The position numbers were made by a program, and so were the translations under genes. Positions 34,561-48,800 of a stretch of DNA of 64,000 nt are shown here, piece after piece. Numbering within the stretch: the stretch's first letter is position 1; each line of letters begins with the position of its first letter. The notes under the pieces were generated by a model, which was given only the letters and a program-made list of their open reading frames with translations, ran no database searches and was not told the DNA's origin. The DNA lies in assembly GCA_003344405.1 (NCBI GenBank), contig NOWV01000242.1, positions 1-64,000 on the forward strand, read 5' to 3'. The stretch comes from Trichoplax sp. H2 (lineage: Eukaryota).

Positions 34561-37190
34561 GCTAATAGCATTCTTTTAATTGGTTGGTCAATTTGTATAT
34601 TATGTTGTACATTAATAGAATTATAATTAGGAAATAATAAATTGTGACAGGAATACTATAGCTTAGATGTTCCTTTCCTCTTTTTATCTTGTTTTTGGCT
34701 AAAAATTCTTTTATATATTGATCGTTGCTTATTGTTTGATTTCCAATATGATATGATGCTACTCCATATACAGTTGATTGACTTTAGCAAATGCCAAGCA
34801 TGCTAGGTTGCATAGTGTTCCGATTTTCAATTGTATTCGTGAATAAATGATAGCAAAATAATAAAAATAATAGCACAATTTTTAAAGTTGATGGCGCTAT
34901 CGAATTATTTCTGCTCCTTTTTTAACGTTTTCAAAGCTGTAGAATTGCAGATGCTCATAGTTGAGATGAAAGATTTCGCTGATACTATTATTTTTACTTT
35001 GATATAGCAGTCAGCTATTGACATTGTAATTGAACGCAAATTTAATACCTAAACTTGTTTGACCTCTGAGCTTACTTAGTAGAACAGGAATGCAGTATTG
35101 TATGGTAAAGTATACATTGTATAAAATTCCTATACTAGTACGGAATAAATTACGTCATGGACGTAAATTTTTGAAGGATTGGTAGGCTGTTTACTCTTGA
35201 TATCCAAACTTGATAAAAAAAATAGTATCAGGTTGCTAATTTTGAATAGCTTACTAAGTGATTATTTAGACTTTCTATGCATATTTTGCATGAACTGCCG
35301 ATGCGTTTACTTTAAACCGTTAATTGTACATAGTTTACTGAGAGTTATTCCAAATGCCAAAAAGTAACAATAAGAAATGATTAAGATTTTGAGTATGATT
35401 TGCTATAAGTGTAAAGTGCTGCTTTTACTGATATTCGAATTGAAGTATTCAGTTTAAACGTAAGAAATATTATCGTAGTATCGAATCTCTGTGTTGCGTA
35501 AATTAAAATGGTTACCCTAAGTATGAGTACAGAATAAATTCTATCATAGTATCGAATGGTAAATATAAAATAGTACATGTGTATCATGATTAGATAGAAG
35601 TAACTACGATTTTGAGTTTAGTTTGTTGCCGGTATAAAATCTAATCTTCCAGTTGTGTCAATTAAAAATAATTATCCTTAATCGAGCGTACGATAACTGC
35701 TATCACAGTACAGAATGATAAATATAAGAAATTACTTGTACAACATGGTACTGGTTATCGATAACGTAGCTCATTGAAGCCGTACAAATTCTTATTCTAT
35801 CATACACTACCGTAGCCATTTAAAATCAATTCTATACCAAAGTTCTTTCCAAATGTAATATTACGTATTAATAAGAAAATTACTACGATTATGAATTTGA
35901 GTTGCTACTTGTATTAAATTCTGATCTTTGCTATTTACTAATAGTCGGAGCTGTAGAAGTATAATAACGGTATAAAACTTTTTATCTTATTGAAATATAG
36001 ATATATTTAAAACATTTATCTTGGATATAATCCAGGCTATCATAGCATCCATTTGCAGATGTAAGAATGCAAAGTCAATTACAATTCTAATCATTGATAG
36101 TACAAGTACCGCAAAGAAAACTGAACGAAATATTATCATAGTGTAGCCTTCTTGAAACTAACCTCTTTCCGAGGTTTGTCTAAAGTTATGATTTGGCAAG
36201 ATACTGCTGCGATTTTGAATTTGATTTGCTATTAGTATAAAGTTCTTATCATACTGATATACAGTACAAACTATTTACTATCAATCTAAATTTGTTACAC
36301 ATATTAAGTTCTTATCTTACTGGTCTAAAACTATAACATATATCATAAATATGGTCCAAAAAAATCATAGCATCGAATAATGAATTTAAGAACGTGAAAG
36401 TATATCATCATTTCTTATAGATGAAGCATGTTTTAATAGCTAATTCATCTAGGATTAAATCAGGCCATAATCTACTTATCATTCGTTTTGCTTTGGTATA
36501 CCAGAAACCAACTAATACCAGTGCGTACTCATAACGTACAAGTATCTACCAGCATTATTATCTAGCTTGCAAAAATGATTATTTCGGCTTGTCCGGGATG
36601 TATCTCGAATTAAGAGCCTCGAATGAATGCGATTGCCTTTTATAGACTATAATCTATCGTTAAAAATCAGTAAAATAGGATGATTTATAACGTCCTAATA
36701 CAGAGCTATAAATAAACCTATTACATCACCTAAGATTTCAGGGTATTTTTATAACAATCATTGTGCTGTTTACCGATGATTTAATACATAAATCTACGCG
36801 TATGGTGTTATTGTGTTACAGTAAGCTGCCGTCCTATATGTTGTACCCAATTTCAGAATCTTAAATTAAAGATTTAACGGCAAGCTTAGAGTAACTATAT
36901 TGCTCATTTAATCACTAAATGATAACCGATAAATAGGAGGAACAACTATTTGGATAATAGGTGAAATTATCGATTGTTTAGACATCTCCACACGGGGACA
37001 AAAGCGAACTTATTTTTAGAGCACAAAGAGGAATTAAATATCCTAGTAAATTACCCGTTTAAATGAACGGGAATATAATCTGCACAAAGCAGTGAATGAA
37101 AAGAAAGTCCACAGCTAGATTATCTTAATACGGGTATAACTTAATATCAGTACTATGCCTTACACCCTCTGATGATTAAATTACGAAACG

Positions 37191-37583
37191 ATATAGCTAC
37201 ACTCCATCGTTTATTTCCTATCGAATAACTTTATCAATCTTGAACACCCGCGATTATAAAATTAGAGGATTTTCAGAGCGTAAAGAGGAATTCGACATAC
37301 GAGTATTGGTCATCTCTATCTTAGACTTGATAGACTATAAAATTATATAGCTACATTCTATCGTTTATTTCCTATCGAATAACTTTATCAATCCTGAACT
37401 CCCGCGATTATAAAATTAGAGGATTTTCAGAACGCAAAGAGGAATTCGACACACGAGTATTAGTCATCTCTATCTTAGACTTGATAAACTATAAAATTAT
37501 ATAGCTACATTCCATCATTTATTTCCTATCGAATAACTTTATCAATACTGTACTCTTACATCCCCGGATTATAAAATTAGAGG
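37191..37583. repeat. Tandem repeat, ~2.5 x 154 bp
   Basis: ATATAGCTACA..C.ATC.TTTATTTCCTATCGAATAACTTTATCAAT starts at 37191, 37345 and 37499. Confidence 0.9.
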
Positions 37584-38419
37584 ACCTGATTACGTCATTT
37601 ATGGTACATAGAAAGTTTTACCGTAACCTCTATTCCTGATTATTAGAAATTGAATTACTTAATGTAATCACTTATTCTTTCCGTACTTGGCTAGATGCTA
37701 ATCAAGTATGCTAAAAGAACAGATGGAAAGGCTTAGGTATTCTATACTACTCCCTTTAGATGTATTACAATATCCTACCGCAGTTGGATTCATGCCATCC
37801 TGATAGGACTAGCTAAAAGTAAATTCACTAAAATAGATTTCTCTCAATCGGATATTAACGTCTTATCCTACATTTAGTAATTTAATATTTCCAATTTTTG
37901 ATTAAGAAGGGTAAAAACAATCATGCAATATGTTATCATTAATTTATTCTCCAATCTCTATACCAAAGCTATTTTAGATGCATGCCTCTACTGACGGCTT
38001 AACATTGATATGACGATTTCTACGGGAATGAGGCAATTACTTTCAATCATTTAGTTTATTCATTTGGACGTTATGCCATTGGAAAATTACTAACTACAGT
38101 ACTATAGATTACACAATATCAATCTAACCTACTCAATGTACAGCTTAATATTTTACTTCATCAATACGAGTAATGAGGGAAAAATTGCTAAAGATAGTAT
38201 GTAGTAATGTCCTGCGGTTATCCTGTTATGATCAAGTCTATTCAGGCGCTGGCATCATGCTGATTTGAGACTATTGTTACTTTTCTAGTCAAATCAATAA
38301 TAAAAGTGTTTACGTATGATTACATTATCATGTCTACTTTTACAGCCGCTTCAAAAGTTATTAAACAAGCTTTGACACGTATTTAGATTGATGACGTCCA
38401 TTGACTATCTTCATGCAAA

Positions 38420-38762
38420 GCCAGGAGAAAAAGTGGATACGTTCAGTTTAGTCATTCAATATAGACTTTTATTGGCATTTTTAAAAATTTGGTATAGGAC
38501 TTGTATCTTACTATTAGATACGTACAAGAATGAATTAGAATATATATATATATATATATATATATACCCTTTTCATGTGCCATATTACCAAGGCCAGGGG
38601 AAAAAGTGGGACACATTCAATTTAGTGATTCAATATAGACTTTTATTACCATTTTCAAATTTGGTACAAGATTGTATTTTACTATTAGATACGTACAAGA
38701 ATGAATTAGAATATATATATATATATGTGCGTATATATAACCTTTTTATGTGCTATATTACA
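38420..38762. repeat. Tandem duplication, 2 x ~173 bp, each containing (TA)n
   Basis: GCCAGG..AAAAAGTGG..CAATATAGACTTTTATT..CTATTAGATACGTACAAGAATGAATTAGAA(TA)n at ~38420 and ~38593. Confidence 0.9.
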
Positions 38763-39757
38763 GTTAGATCGTAGTCATTCTTCAAACCAATTTACTTTAT
38801 TTTACGCCATTTTTTGGGGGGGGGGTTTTGGATTTGCACAGAGATAGATAAAGTGATTACCCGTAATGACTTTTGAAGCTCTGTACTTGAGTCTATAGCT
38901 TCAATTTAGCTTAGGAGTGCAAAATCATTGACATAACCGCAATACAGGATGCAGCAGCTTCAGTACTTGGGAATAACAGTTTCAGTTCAAGATAGATGAT
39001 CTTGAATGCGAATATTAAACCCTATATATCATTTGTTGGCATACGTCTAGAGGATGGAAAATAGATCGAGTAATTACAAACAAAATATAAAGTTTAATAT
39101 CCGCAATACTATATTATTTTTGTCAGGTATGGCATAGCCGATGAATGCATCACGAAACGTACAATATTGCTATGGCTCTATACAGAATGAAGCAAGTTTA
39201 TCCACGCTAAGGTTGCAATAGAACCTTAGTTCAATAGTGTTTTACAGCAACTAAGAAGTACAATAAATAGCTCGGTTATACGATCATGTAAAATTGTATT
39301 AATTTGTAGAAGTTAGTTCGAGTGAATTCATTTTCAATGTTTGTTTAATTAAAGAGATATGATAAGATTAAGTTGGCAATCTAGCCAATAAGAGATACGG
39401 TCTAGAGCTTGATCTTATTCTAACTGCTGTAGTTGATGCTTGTTGTTGAAGCGAAAGAGATACTGTGGATAGTTGATGGAGAAATGAAGGCAAGTCGGAA
39501 TGATCAATTGATCATGTCTATCGCCATGCGATGCCATTCGACAACATTGCATGCACCTTAAATGGCATCACCATGATGCAATCGCCATTCAGCATAATGA
39601 TTTTATTATTCATTTGTAATGTATTAAACTAGTAAGATCAAGTCGTTTATTTTATCCTCTACGGAGTGGACGATGATGAAAGAATTGGATGAGAAAGGGT
39701 AAAGAGGATCGATGAGTTCCCATGCAGAGTGGTTGGAGTTTGTTTGCTAGCTTGAAA

Positions 39758-40108
39758 TTAACTATTTGGATTGGGTTGTGTAACAAACCACAGTACACCA
39801 CCCAGGAGTAAGCCACGGACTCCAAATACCATCAGCAAGATGAGACCACCTACTAAAGCGATCGGTTCAACAACTCGATTAGCAATAGTAAATTGAGGTA
39901 TACCAAATGATGTTAATTGCTGATTGATTTGGCCGACAACACCTTGTGTGGCTTGAGGTCGAACACGATTAGCATGGCGACCACTGGCTGCAGCTATATT
40001 GGAACGGTAGTTGGGATTGGCTTGGCGTGGTTGTTCGCTACTTCTTTTCCGCTGTTGTACGCGTGGGTCATCATCCTGCAAGACCTGACCGTCTAAAATA
40101 TACACCAT
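39758..40108 (-). CDS. FAM241B: FAM241/DUF4605-family small membrane protein (116 aa)
   Basis: From ATG 40108: MVYILDGQVLQDDDPRV...INQQLTSFGIPQFTIANRVVEPIALVGGLILLMVFGVRGLLLGG. This matches my recollection of the FAM241B N-terminal QDDDPRV motif and DUF4605 TM region. A/B paralog assignment is not resolvable here. Confidence 0.85.
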   Translation of the reverse strand: MVYILDGQVLQDDDPRVQQRKRSSEQPRQANPNYRSNIAAASGRHANRVRPQATQGVVGQINQQLTSFGIPQFTIANRVVEPIALVGGLILLMVFGVRGLLLGGVLWFVTQPNPNS

Positions 40109-42082
40109 ATTAAGACCACAGTAATCAATGCTTTCTAGCAATCTCACTGAAGATGAATTGGGCAAAAGCGAGAACCACCAAATAGAGAAGATCTCCTTGT
40201 TCCTTTGCAAAGCCCTTGTCTAGAAGATGACGAAACGTTCAGCCAATATCACCTTCTACTGCTGTCGTAATTCCCTTATTAGCGACTGTCAATATCAACC
40301 TGATGCTCTTAGCGACAATATCGTTGGCAAATAGCAAGCAATTAGTGACTAATAATTCAAGAAATGGAATGTACCAATGCCTTGATGAGGAGCACAAATT
40401 GGAAATGGATGTTGATGCACAAGCTTAAATGCTAACCTTGCCCATGGGTGAGGATGGGGGCGGGCTTAAATAGACATGGTCAGAGTAGATGACGCAAGGC
40501 GCCACCACGTCCAGCCATACTACAACCACGCTTGTGACGTGGTGTATGGAACTGAAGCGTTAGCGTGACGGTGGGCAAGTTGACACCCACTTTTCCGCTC
40601 GATTTCACTCCAATACGCTAGTCAATCCATAGGGTATACTGGCACCTAGGTAGAGGACAGCTGAATGAGTGGGTTGATCAACTGCTACTATCGATCTCGA
40701 TCCAAGACTCAGTCACCGGGAGGGTGGTCGTCGGCCGGCCATCGGTCACATGATGCCAACGTGAGCACGGACTGACAACAGTATGGACGACGATGCCTTG
40801 TGATACTGATAGAGTAGAGTGTATGATGTTGTCGTTAAGACACCAGTATCCAGTATCGAGTAGGGTACATGCGTTTTGGGCTTGCGTAGATTGACACATC
40901 GCTTGCCTATGACGCTTGTGTCTAAAAATAACTTTTGAGTCATGTCTGTATCAATAAGACTACATCATCACTAGTGATACACTACTACTGTTTAGGTATG
41001 GTATGGTACAGTTGCTAAGGAGGCGACAGGTGGGCAATACGCAGGCGTGGAATGGCCACCGGTTGGTGTCGATGACTCACAGACGCACGCTACTGATCGA
41101 TACAAAAAGCTGTATTTTGTTGTCATCTTGGATACACTCTATAACGATAGTCCACTTACAAACAAGGCCTGACGTAATCGCTCGAAAATAGCGCTTGACT
41201 TGGCTTGATCTCATAGGTAAACATGGCAATGGCTCAACACTAGTCTGATGTATAGAACGAAGAGCGCGATTTGCGTGGTCATCCTAGCAGTTCATGCAGC
41301 CGCTATGACTCTCACGTGACCACGGTTGACGCGCAATGTTTCAAACCCGGGGTCAGCCATACGTCACAATGTGATGGTGACACTCGCTTGGTGCTCAATA
41401 GACTGTTTAAAACAGTCTATTAAGCCCTATACAATTCCTCTTGCTACCATCGCTTGTCTAGAATTGACTGGACAATCTCCATCCAATAGTGGCTACCCTA
41501 ACCCACACCGCTCACCCTGGTCGTTCACAACCAGGCCAACCGGTCCTTCTACATCTGCTCGTCCATCATGGCTACCCAATAGCTGCAGCTAGCCAGCAAG
41601 ATTAATTGCAATTAAGGCTCTATTTGGCATTGATTTGCAAGGGAGATTATTGGAGATTGTTAACTGTATTCTGTATCTCTTCGTTATCGTTGATCTTTGT
41701 CTCTACGCCACGGTAAAAGACATCGTATAGCAGCAGCAGCAGCAATTGTCATTGTTGGTCCATTTCATTTCCTATCACCTTGGTCCAAGAGAGAAGGAAA
41801 AATTCAAACTGCGATACTGTTCCTATGATGGTAAGGCATATCATAAATTGTGTTGTAGTCTGTCATTTTAAGGCTGCGATGGACGTTGATAACGTAGAGG
41901 AGCATCAGTTACGATTAGAAGAGGATTCAATGTGTCATTATTAAGGGATAATTTGGAGGTTGAGATGGACGTTGAGAAAGGATAATCGCAGAAGCCAAGA
42001 CGGTAGTGCAAAGTGATGATGAGAGATGCTTTTATTCTACCACAGTATTCTGCTTGCATGGTGATCGAGACAAGGCTACAGT

Positions 42083-42157
42083 AGGATACATAACGAGGTG
42101 ATAGAGCAGGATACATAACGAGGTGATAGAGCAGGATACATAACGACGTGATAGAGT
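42083..42157. repeat. Minisatellite, 3 x 25 bp
   Basis: AGGATACATAACGAGGTGATAGAGC twice, then AGGATACATAACGACGTGATAGAGT. Confidence 0.92.
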
Positions 42158-43078
42158 AGTGATCGTGTAGTTGAATTCATTTCTCCAAGTTCATCCAAAA
42201 TCAGCCAGCAATGTTGTCTTTACCATCATCGTGTTTACATCAGTCGTATCTACTGGCAGAAGAAAACAACATTGATAGGCAACGTTATGATTGAATTAGC
42301 AGTTATCCTATATGACTTGATGGTAGTTCAAGACTTTGAAGAGAAAATTGGAGAGTCGCAGGGTCGTTCCATCAGATAGGATGATTATGATGGACATGAC
42401 TATCTAGACGGTAGCTTACTTTAATAGGGCAATATCCATACGGAACCAAATTGCAATGATTGGCATCGGAGTGATGCTGATGGACGATGTTGCTACCTGA
42501 ATATTGCAGGCTATAGCTTATGCTCATCTACAATCATAGCACCAGGCACAATGATAGGAAGGTTCTAGGTTGTAGTCATGTCCATATGTTTAGGATTCTT
42601 ATCGACAGTAGTTTAGAATCATGTACGTCGATGCCATCAAGCTCCAGCTCGTATCGACTTCAACATGGCTACAACATCGATATACACTTACTCTTACTGC
42701 AGAATAATACAATTCCAGCAATGGACTAAACTCCTGTCATAGCGATACTGTCCACTCTTTTATTTCTCGTTCATTCTAGTTTCATATTAAAATTGATTTA
42801 TTTTCTGTTATACCGATCAACATAACTTTCAACATTGGAATATTGACATGGTTTCACATTGCGAAAAGTAAAAGATGTGAAAGGAGCTTTCTAGATTTGG
42901 ATTGTGTTCAAATATCAGTAGAAGGAGTCGATAAAATGGGTCATCGTAAATCGCAACATGGCTATTAATCGTACATGTCAATGGCATGGTTAATCCATAC
43001 TTTCGACACTGAAAATAGCAAGTCGTAGTCGATAGCTAGTCGATGTTTCCCAAGGAATGATAAAAAATCAATTTTCTT

Positions 43079-43720
43079 ATGCAAATTGAATAGTGAACAA
43101 GGTAGAATAGAAATGGATAAAACTCTCTTGTTCTACAGTATAATCGATGCAAATTGAAAAGTGAACAAGGTAGAATACGAATGGATAAAATTCTCTAGTC
43201 TCATCATAGCCAAGTTTAAAACGTTTCAAAATACTAAACAGGAAGGCACTTTTGACTAGTCAAGACCCGATCAATTTGTAGATGATGATGGTAAGCGAAC
43301 TGACGACGACGATTATACCGTATACAGGACTATCATGGTGAAACTATGAATTCATGAATGGATAAAACTCTCTAGTCCCATCATAGCCAAACTCAAAATG
43401 TTTCAAAATACTAAACAGGAAGGCACTTTTGACTAGTCAAGACGTGATCAATTTGCTGATGATGATCAACATATTGACGATGACTACGATACCGTATACT
43501 GTCATGGCGAAATTGTTAATTAATATTGAAAGGATAAAACACTCTACTACTACTACTTTACAGTATAATAGCCAAGTTCAAAACGTTTCAAAATACTAAA
43601 CTGGAAGGCATTTTCTGCTTGTCAAGACGTGATCCATTGGCTAATGATAATGATGGTAAACGTATTGACGATGGCTACGAAGCCGTTTACAGTACAGTGC
43701 GAAACTACTAATTAATTCAT
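43079..43720. repeat. Degenerate tandem repeat, ~3 x 180 bp, preceded by a ~68-bp duplication
   Basis: ATAGCCAA..T.AAA..GTTTCAAAATACTAAAC.GGAAGGCA..TT.GTCAAGAC at ~43206, ~43383 and ~43567. ATGCAAATTGAA.AGTGAACAAGGTAGAATA at 43079 and 43147. Confidence 0.85.
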
Positions 43721-43744
43721 TTATATCAGTCGATTAATCACTTT

Positions 43745-45185
43745 TGTAAACATGGCTCTCATGATCGTCGATAAAGCTGTAGTTTATGTCATGGCAATCA
43801 GAGTTAACTTTGTAGCAAGACTATCATAATTGCTGGCAATGATTGTCAACCGTAGTTGCCTAATTTGTGGATAATGATTACGTTAGGACCGATCATTCTT
43901 GCGTCTTGACTCCAATTGAATTTAATCCATTTGTCAACATCGTCTTGATGGCCATTTGAACAACAATATTATTATGGAGTTTCTATCCAAATAAACGTAG
44001 TAGGCCAACGGTGATATGGAACTACTTACAACGCCAGTCGATAGGAACTGACTAAAGCGATGATGATGATGATGATGAACGATGAGAATGGAATGATTAA
44101 CGGCCAATCTCGCTCATAATCGAATTCATTTTGTACTAAACAAGTTATCCATAGTCATTTTAACAACTGCTCAAGTTGTTCCTATTGAAACAAACTTTGT
44201 AGTAGAACCATTCGACGCCATTACTTAAAATGCTAGTCGATAGAAACGGACAAGTGTGTTAATGATTCTTCCGATGATTATTTGTGAGAGTACACGATAA
44301 CTGTAGAGCCATGGCGAGAATTGAATTAATCCAGTTGTAAACATCTTCTGGATGGCCATTTTAACGCCAGGGTGTGCCAATTGGAACAAACTTTGTAGCA
44401 AAATCATAGTATACGTACAACTGCGAAGAATGCCGGTCGATAGAAGCTGATTAATGCTTTGATGAATACTGAGAGAAGACGAGGATGGAATGAAGCAATT
44501 TTGTAATCATCTTGTGAACTTATGAATGGCCATGATAGCAACAGTTTATGCAGTGCAAATTGCAACAAACTTTACAGTAAAATCATTGTGTGTAACTGCT
44601 AAGAATGGCAGCCGACAGAAGCTGACTAATGCGCTGATGATTACTGAGAAAGTACAGATAACTAACTGTAAAACCACAATGAAAATTAATCTATTTGTAA
44701 ACATCTTCTTAACTTTGTAAATTTATAGCCATTTGAACAACCGTGTGTCCAGTGCTAATTGCAACAAACTGTGTGGCAAAATTAGAGTATACGTACAACG
44801 GCTAAGAATATCAGTCGATAGAAGCTGACTAATCCGCTGATGATTACTGAGAAAGTACAGATAAAGCCACGATGAGAATTAAATTAATCTATGTGTAAAC
44901 ATCTTTTTAACTTATTCAATATCAATGGCCATTTTAACAACAGTTTGTGCAGTGCTAATTGCAACAAACTTTGTCGTAAAATCATAGTATACGTACAACT
45001 GGTAAGAATACCAGTCGATAGAAGCTGACGAATCCGTTGATGAATGCTGAGAGAAGACGAGAATGGAATAGAGCAATTTTATAAACGTCTTATTTAAGAG
45101 TTATTTGAATAGGAGTTTGTTCAATACGATCGGAACAAATTGGGTAGCAAAGCATAATATGTAACTGCTTGAAATGCCAATCGCT
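43745..45185. repeat. Degenerate tandem array, ~8 x 175-200 bp
   Basis: Recurring core GGCCATTT.AACAAC..TGCAACAAACTTTGT.G.AAAATCAT..CAACTG.TAAGAAT.CCAGTCGATAGAAGCTGAC at about 43753, 43949, 44151, 44352, 44526, 44726, 44926 and 45100. Confidence 0.75.
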
Positions 45186-45813
45186 CCTTTTTATATTCTA
45201 CGAGATACGCGTATATTAAGGAATAGCTATTTTAACATTATTTTGACTTTTTGGGAGAGTAAAATCGTAATAACGACTTAGAATAACGATCGATAATTTA
45301 ATAAATACAGTAATTTCCAGTACAGTCTTGTAGAACTAATTATAAAACAATTAATGGCAGGCAATATCGTAGCAAATGTTAACGTTGAAGAAGTAACAAA
45401 TGCAGTCATTATGACTATTGATCAAATCGCTATATTTAATCAGAAGAAGGTCGAGTAATGGTATTTCAAATCACTACAAAGCCATTGGGATCAAAGCGAT
45501 TGGTAGTAAAATTATATTTGAAGATAGATTGTTGTATAGGACAGGAGAATGGACATGGATACCTTGATTGAAAGTACAGTAAGGTGCAATCGTTCAAGTT
45601 CAAAGCATGGAAAGGTTGATAGAAGCTACGGTAAAATGACTGAAAATGATACAAGTATAATGAATAACTAAAAGGAAACTACCCTTTACTAATCAGTCTG
45701 GATATAATATTCGTTATTGGACAACTTGATCTCTATCGTCCTCTTTTGCTATTGAAAAAAGTAAATATGATAAGTAGGATAAATAAGAATATCAACAATA
45801 ATCTCAGCCCTAC

Positions 45814-48800
45814 ATGGGCATGAAATTGTGCTGTAGATGGGTATAAAAATCGACAATTTCACATTATCTGACACGTTCTATCAAGACAGTCGTCAGCATC
45901 GAAAGCGTTGATCGTTTAACTTCTTCAACAGCAATAACATTTCCTACACATTACGATTTCATTAATAATGCTTGAATCAGGCTAAGCTTTATCGTACTAA
46001 AGCTTTTTGATGTTAAGGTATCGTAAGGCATCCAGAATTTGCAAGGGTAGCAGTCTTACATTCTATCTGCTATCTCATTTTCAATTTCCTCATGACTAAC
46101 TTTATACAGACATTTTTTATTTCTGATCCTTCTGAGACGAGGCTAGAACAATTTCACAATGTAAATACTGTTACGACACTAGAGTAGTATTAATAAGGAT
46201 ATATGCTATGTGACAGAGAATGTTGAGTAGAGCGATAGGATACATTTTGGTAAAAATATCTTGCATGTATCAAGACTTCGACAACAAACTCACTTGGTGA
46301 ATAACTCATCTTTATGCATATCTATTTGTAATGTTTAGAATTTAGGAAGGAGAAATAAAGGTGGCAAAAATAATGCCAAGCAATGGCGCACTGTCCACCT
46401 ATTTGGTAAAAGTCGTCGCCCGAAAGAATCGGCTGTTGTTATCGATCAAACTGATACGACTGGATATTTAAGATCACACAGCGGCGTTACTACCAAGACT
46501 ATTTTAACTGAAGAAAAGTTTCCTGACAATACTATTGTCACTTCTAGGGTAAGACCACCATTGGATCCATGTTCACTCATGTTAATATTAGTTTCTTCCA
46601 GCTATTTTATCGGATAACGAATTTCAATTGATCATTTTCTTAGTATACTATTTGGAATTTTATACCAAAAAATCTTTTCGAACAATTTGGCCGAATCGCA
46701 AACTTTTACTTTCTATGCATTGCCGTAGTGCAGGTAAAGCAATTTATTTTATGAAGACTTCTAGTATATATTATTTCTTCATTTTAATCCAGTAGATTGG
46801 AATCATTCTAATTGCCATGCAGTTATTACTTCTATTCTACTCATCCTAACTCCTATAAACAAATCTTCTGGTTAGCTTTCATTAAGAAATTCCCCTGTTA
46901 GTCCAGTAACCAGCGTAGCACCATTACTCTTCGTCGTTACCATCACTGCTATTAAACAGGTAATTATTCTAAGTATGGAAATCACAATCCAGTTGTAATT
47001 TCTAAGACATTTGGAAAAAATAGAGACTGTATCTTGTAATCATTATAAATATATTTGGTACTATTTCTGATAAATCTCACCGATAGATAATTGACTTCCT
47101 TACACCAAATCAATACTGACTTCTATCGGAATAAAATAACATTCCTCTCAATGTTATTCCTATTTAATAGGCCTACGAAGATTGGTTAAGACATAAATCT
47201 GATAACAAAGTCAATAATCGACCAATCGAAGTTGTTCGTGATGGCACTCTGAAAGGCGTTCCATCACGAAATGTTGCTGTAAGCAATCAATCAAAACTAG
47301 ACAAGAATTGAAATGATGCTAGTGTAAAAACAATGAATGCATTTTTTTTTACAAAAATTAAAGGTGGGAGATGTAGTTCGAGTTTCTAACGAACAAGAAC
47401 TACCTTGCGACCTTGTACTCTTATCTTCAAGCGAAGTGGATGGCAGTTGTTACATCATGACCATGAACCTCGATGGCGAAACAAATTTAAAGCCACGATT
47501 AGCATTATCAGATACTGTAGCATGGCGAAGCTGTGAAGATATAACTTCTTCATCACTCGATATTGATGTAGACTGCCAACTCCCGACACCTGATCTCTAC
47601 AAGTAATATATTCTGCCGATTTCGGCACTGACTAATAAATCATCGTTGATCATTATTTTACCCTTTACACTAACTATACTCTTTTCAACTCCTACTTGAA
47701 AATAGATTTGATGGCCGCATGAATGTTTATTCCGACTCTTCAACGCCTATGTGTCGGTATGCTAATAATAGAATATGTTTTTATCTATCCATTGTAAGAA
47801 CCAAACATATTGTTATTTGTTCACTTATAATTATTTATCAATTGATTTCAATATAGTTATACGTATATATCTTACTTCCTGTAGATCGCTATGCTCGGAT
47901 AATTTACTACTACGTGGTGCGCGGTTGCGAAACACTGATTATATTTTTGGAATGGCGGTGTATACGGGTGTTGATACTAAGGTCAGAAGTGATAGCAATC
48001 GAATTAATTTTTTGCTATGAATTTAAAAAGTATGATTCTAGCTTATTACCCTATCTAACACTGGTTCTCATTAAACAGGTTGCTCTAAACCAACAGCAAA
48101 AGAAACACAAATTTTCAGCTGTTGAAAAGTTAGTCGATTCCATAAAACACAAACATTCAAAGTTGATGTTGCCTAATAAAATAAGCTGATGTAATAATTT
48201 ATATCATGACACTATTCTAGAGCATTGAATAAATTCTTGGCCGTCTTTATGGTTTTGCTAGTTATTCAAGTAATATTCTGTGGTATTGCTAGTACTGTAT
48301 GGCAAAGACTAGAATTGCCAGCATATATGGGCATATCTCGCGCGACAGAAGTGAGCTGAATTATCGAATCATTATGGAATGACTACTTTTAAACTAATGC
48401 TATGTTTTAAACTTTTTTGTAGGCTTCTGGAATAATCAACATTTTCCTCTCATTTTTAGTCTTATTTAATTATATTATACCAATTTCACTTTATGTCACA
48501 ATTGGTATGTGGTAATTTTACCCTTACATTGAGCGTATTGATAGAATGTATTCAATGTTGAACGTACGATAAATTAAAGGAATATTTCTATCTTCAGAAT
48601 TACAGAAATTTTTCGGAGCCATGTTTATTGGCTGGGATATAAAAATGTACGATTCGGTAAGCACTTGGATAGCCTACGATAGGATGATCACAATCTACTT
48701 TTACCTTTCAATAGACCTGGCTCTCTTATAATTTCAAGCTAATTATAATTTAAATCGGATGACTTATTATAGAAAATGGATGAAGTTGCAAAAGCAAATA

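Noticed and set aside
38388..38774. 128-aa ORF with internal duplication and YIYIYI
   Set aside because: Arises from a non-coding tandem duplication containing (TA)n.
40678..41592. Several 60-90-aa ORFs in the GC-richer spacer between FAM241 and ATP11
   Set aside because: No motifs and mostly non-ATG starts; better explained as promoter/5' UTR sequence.
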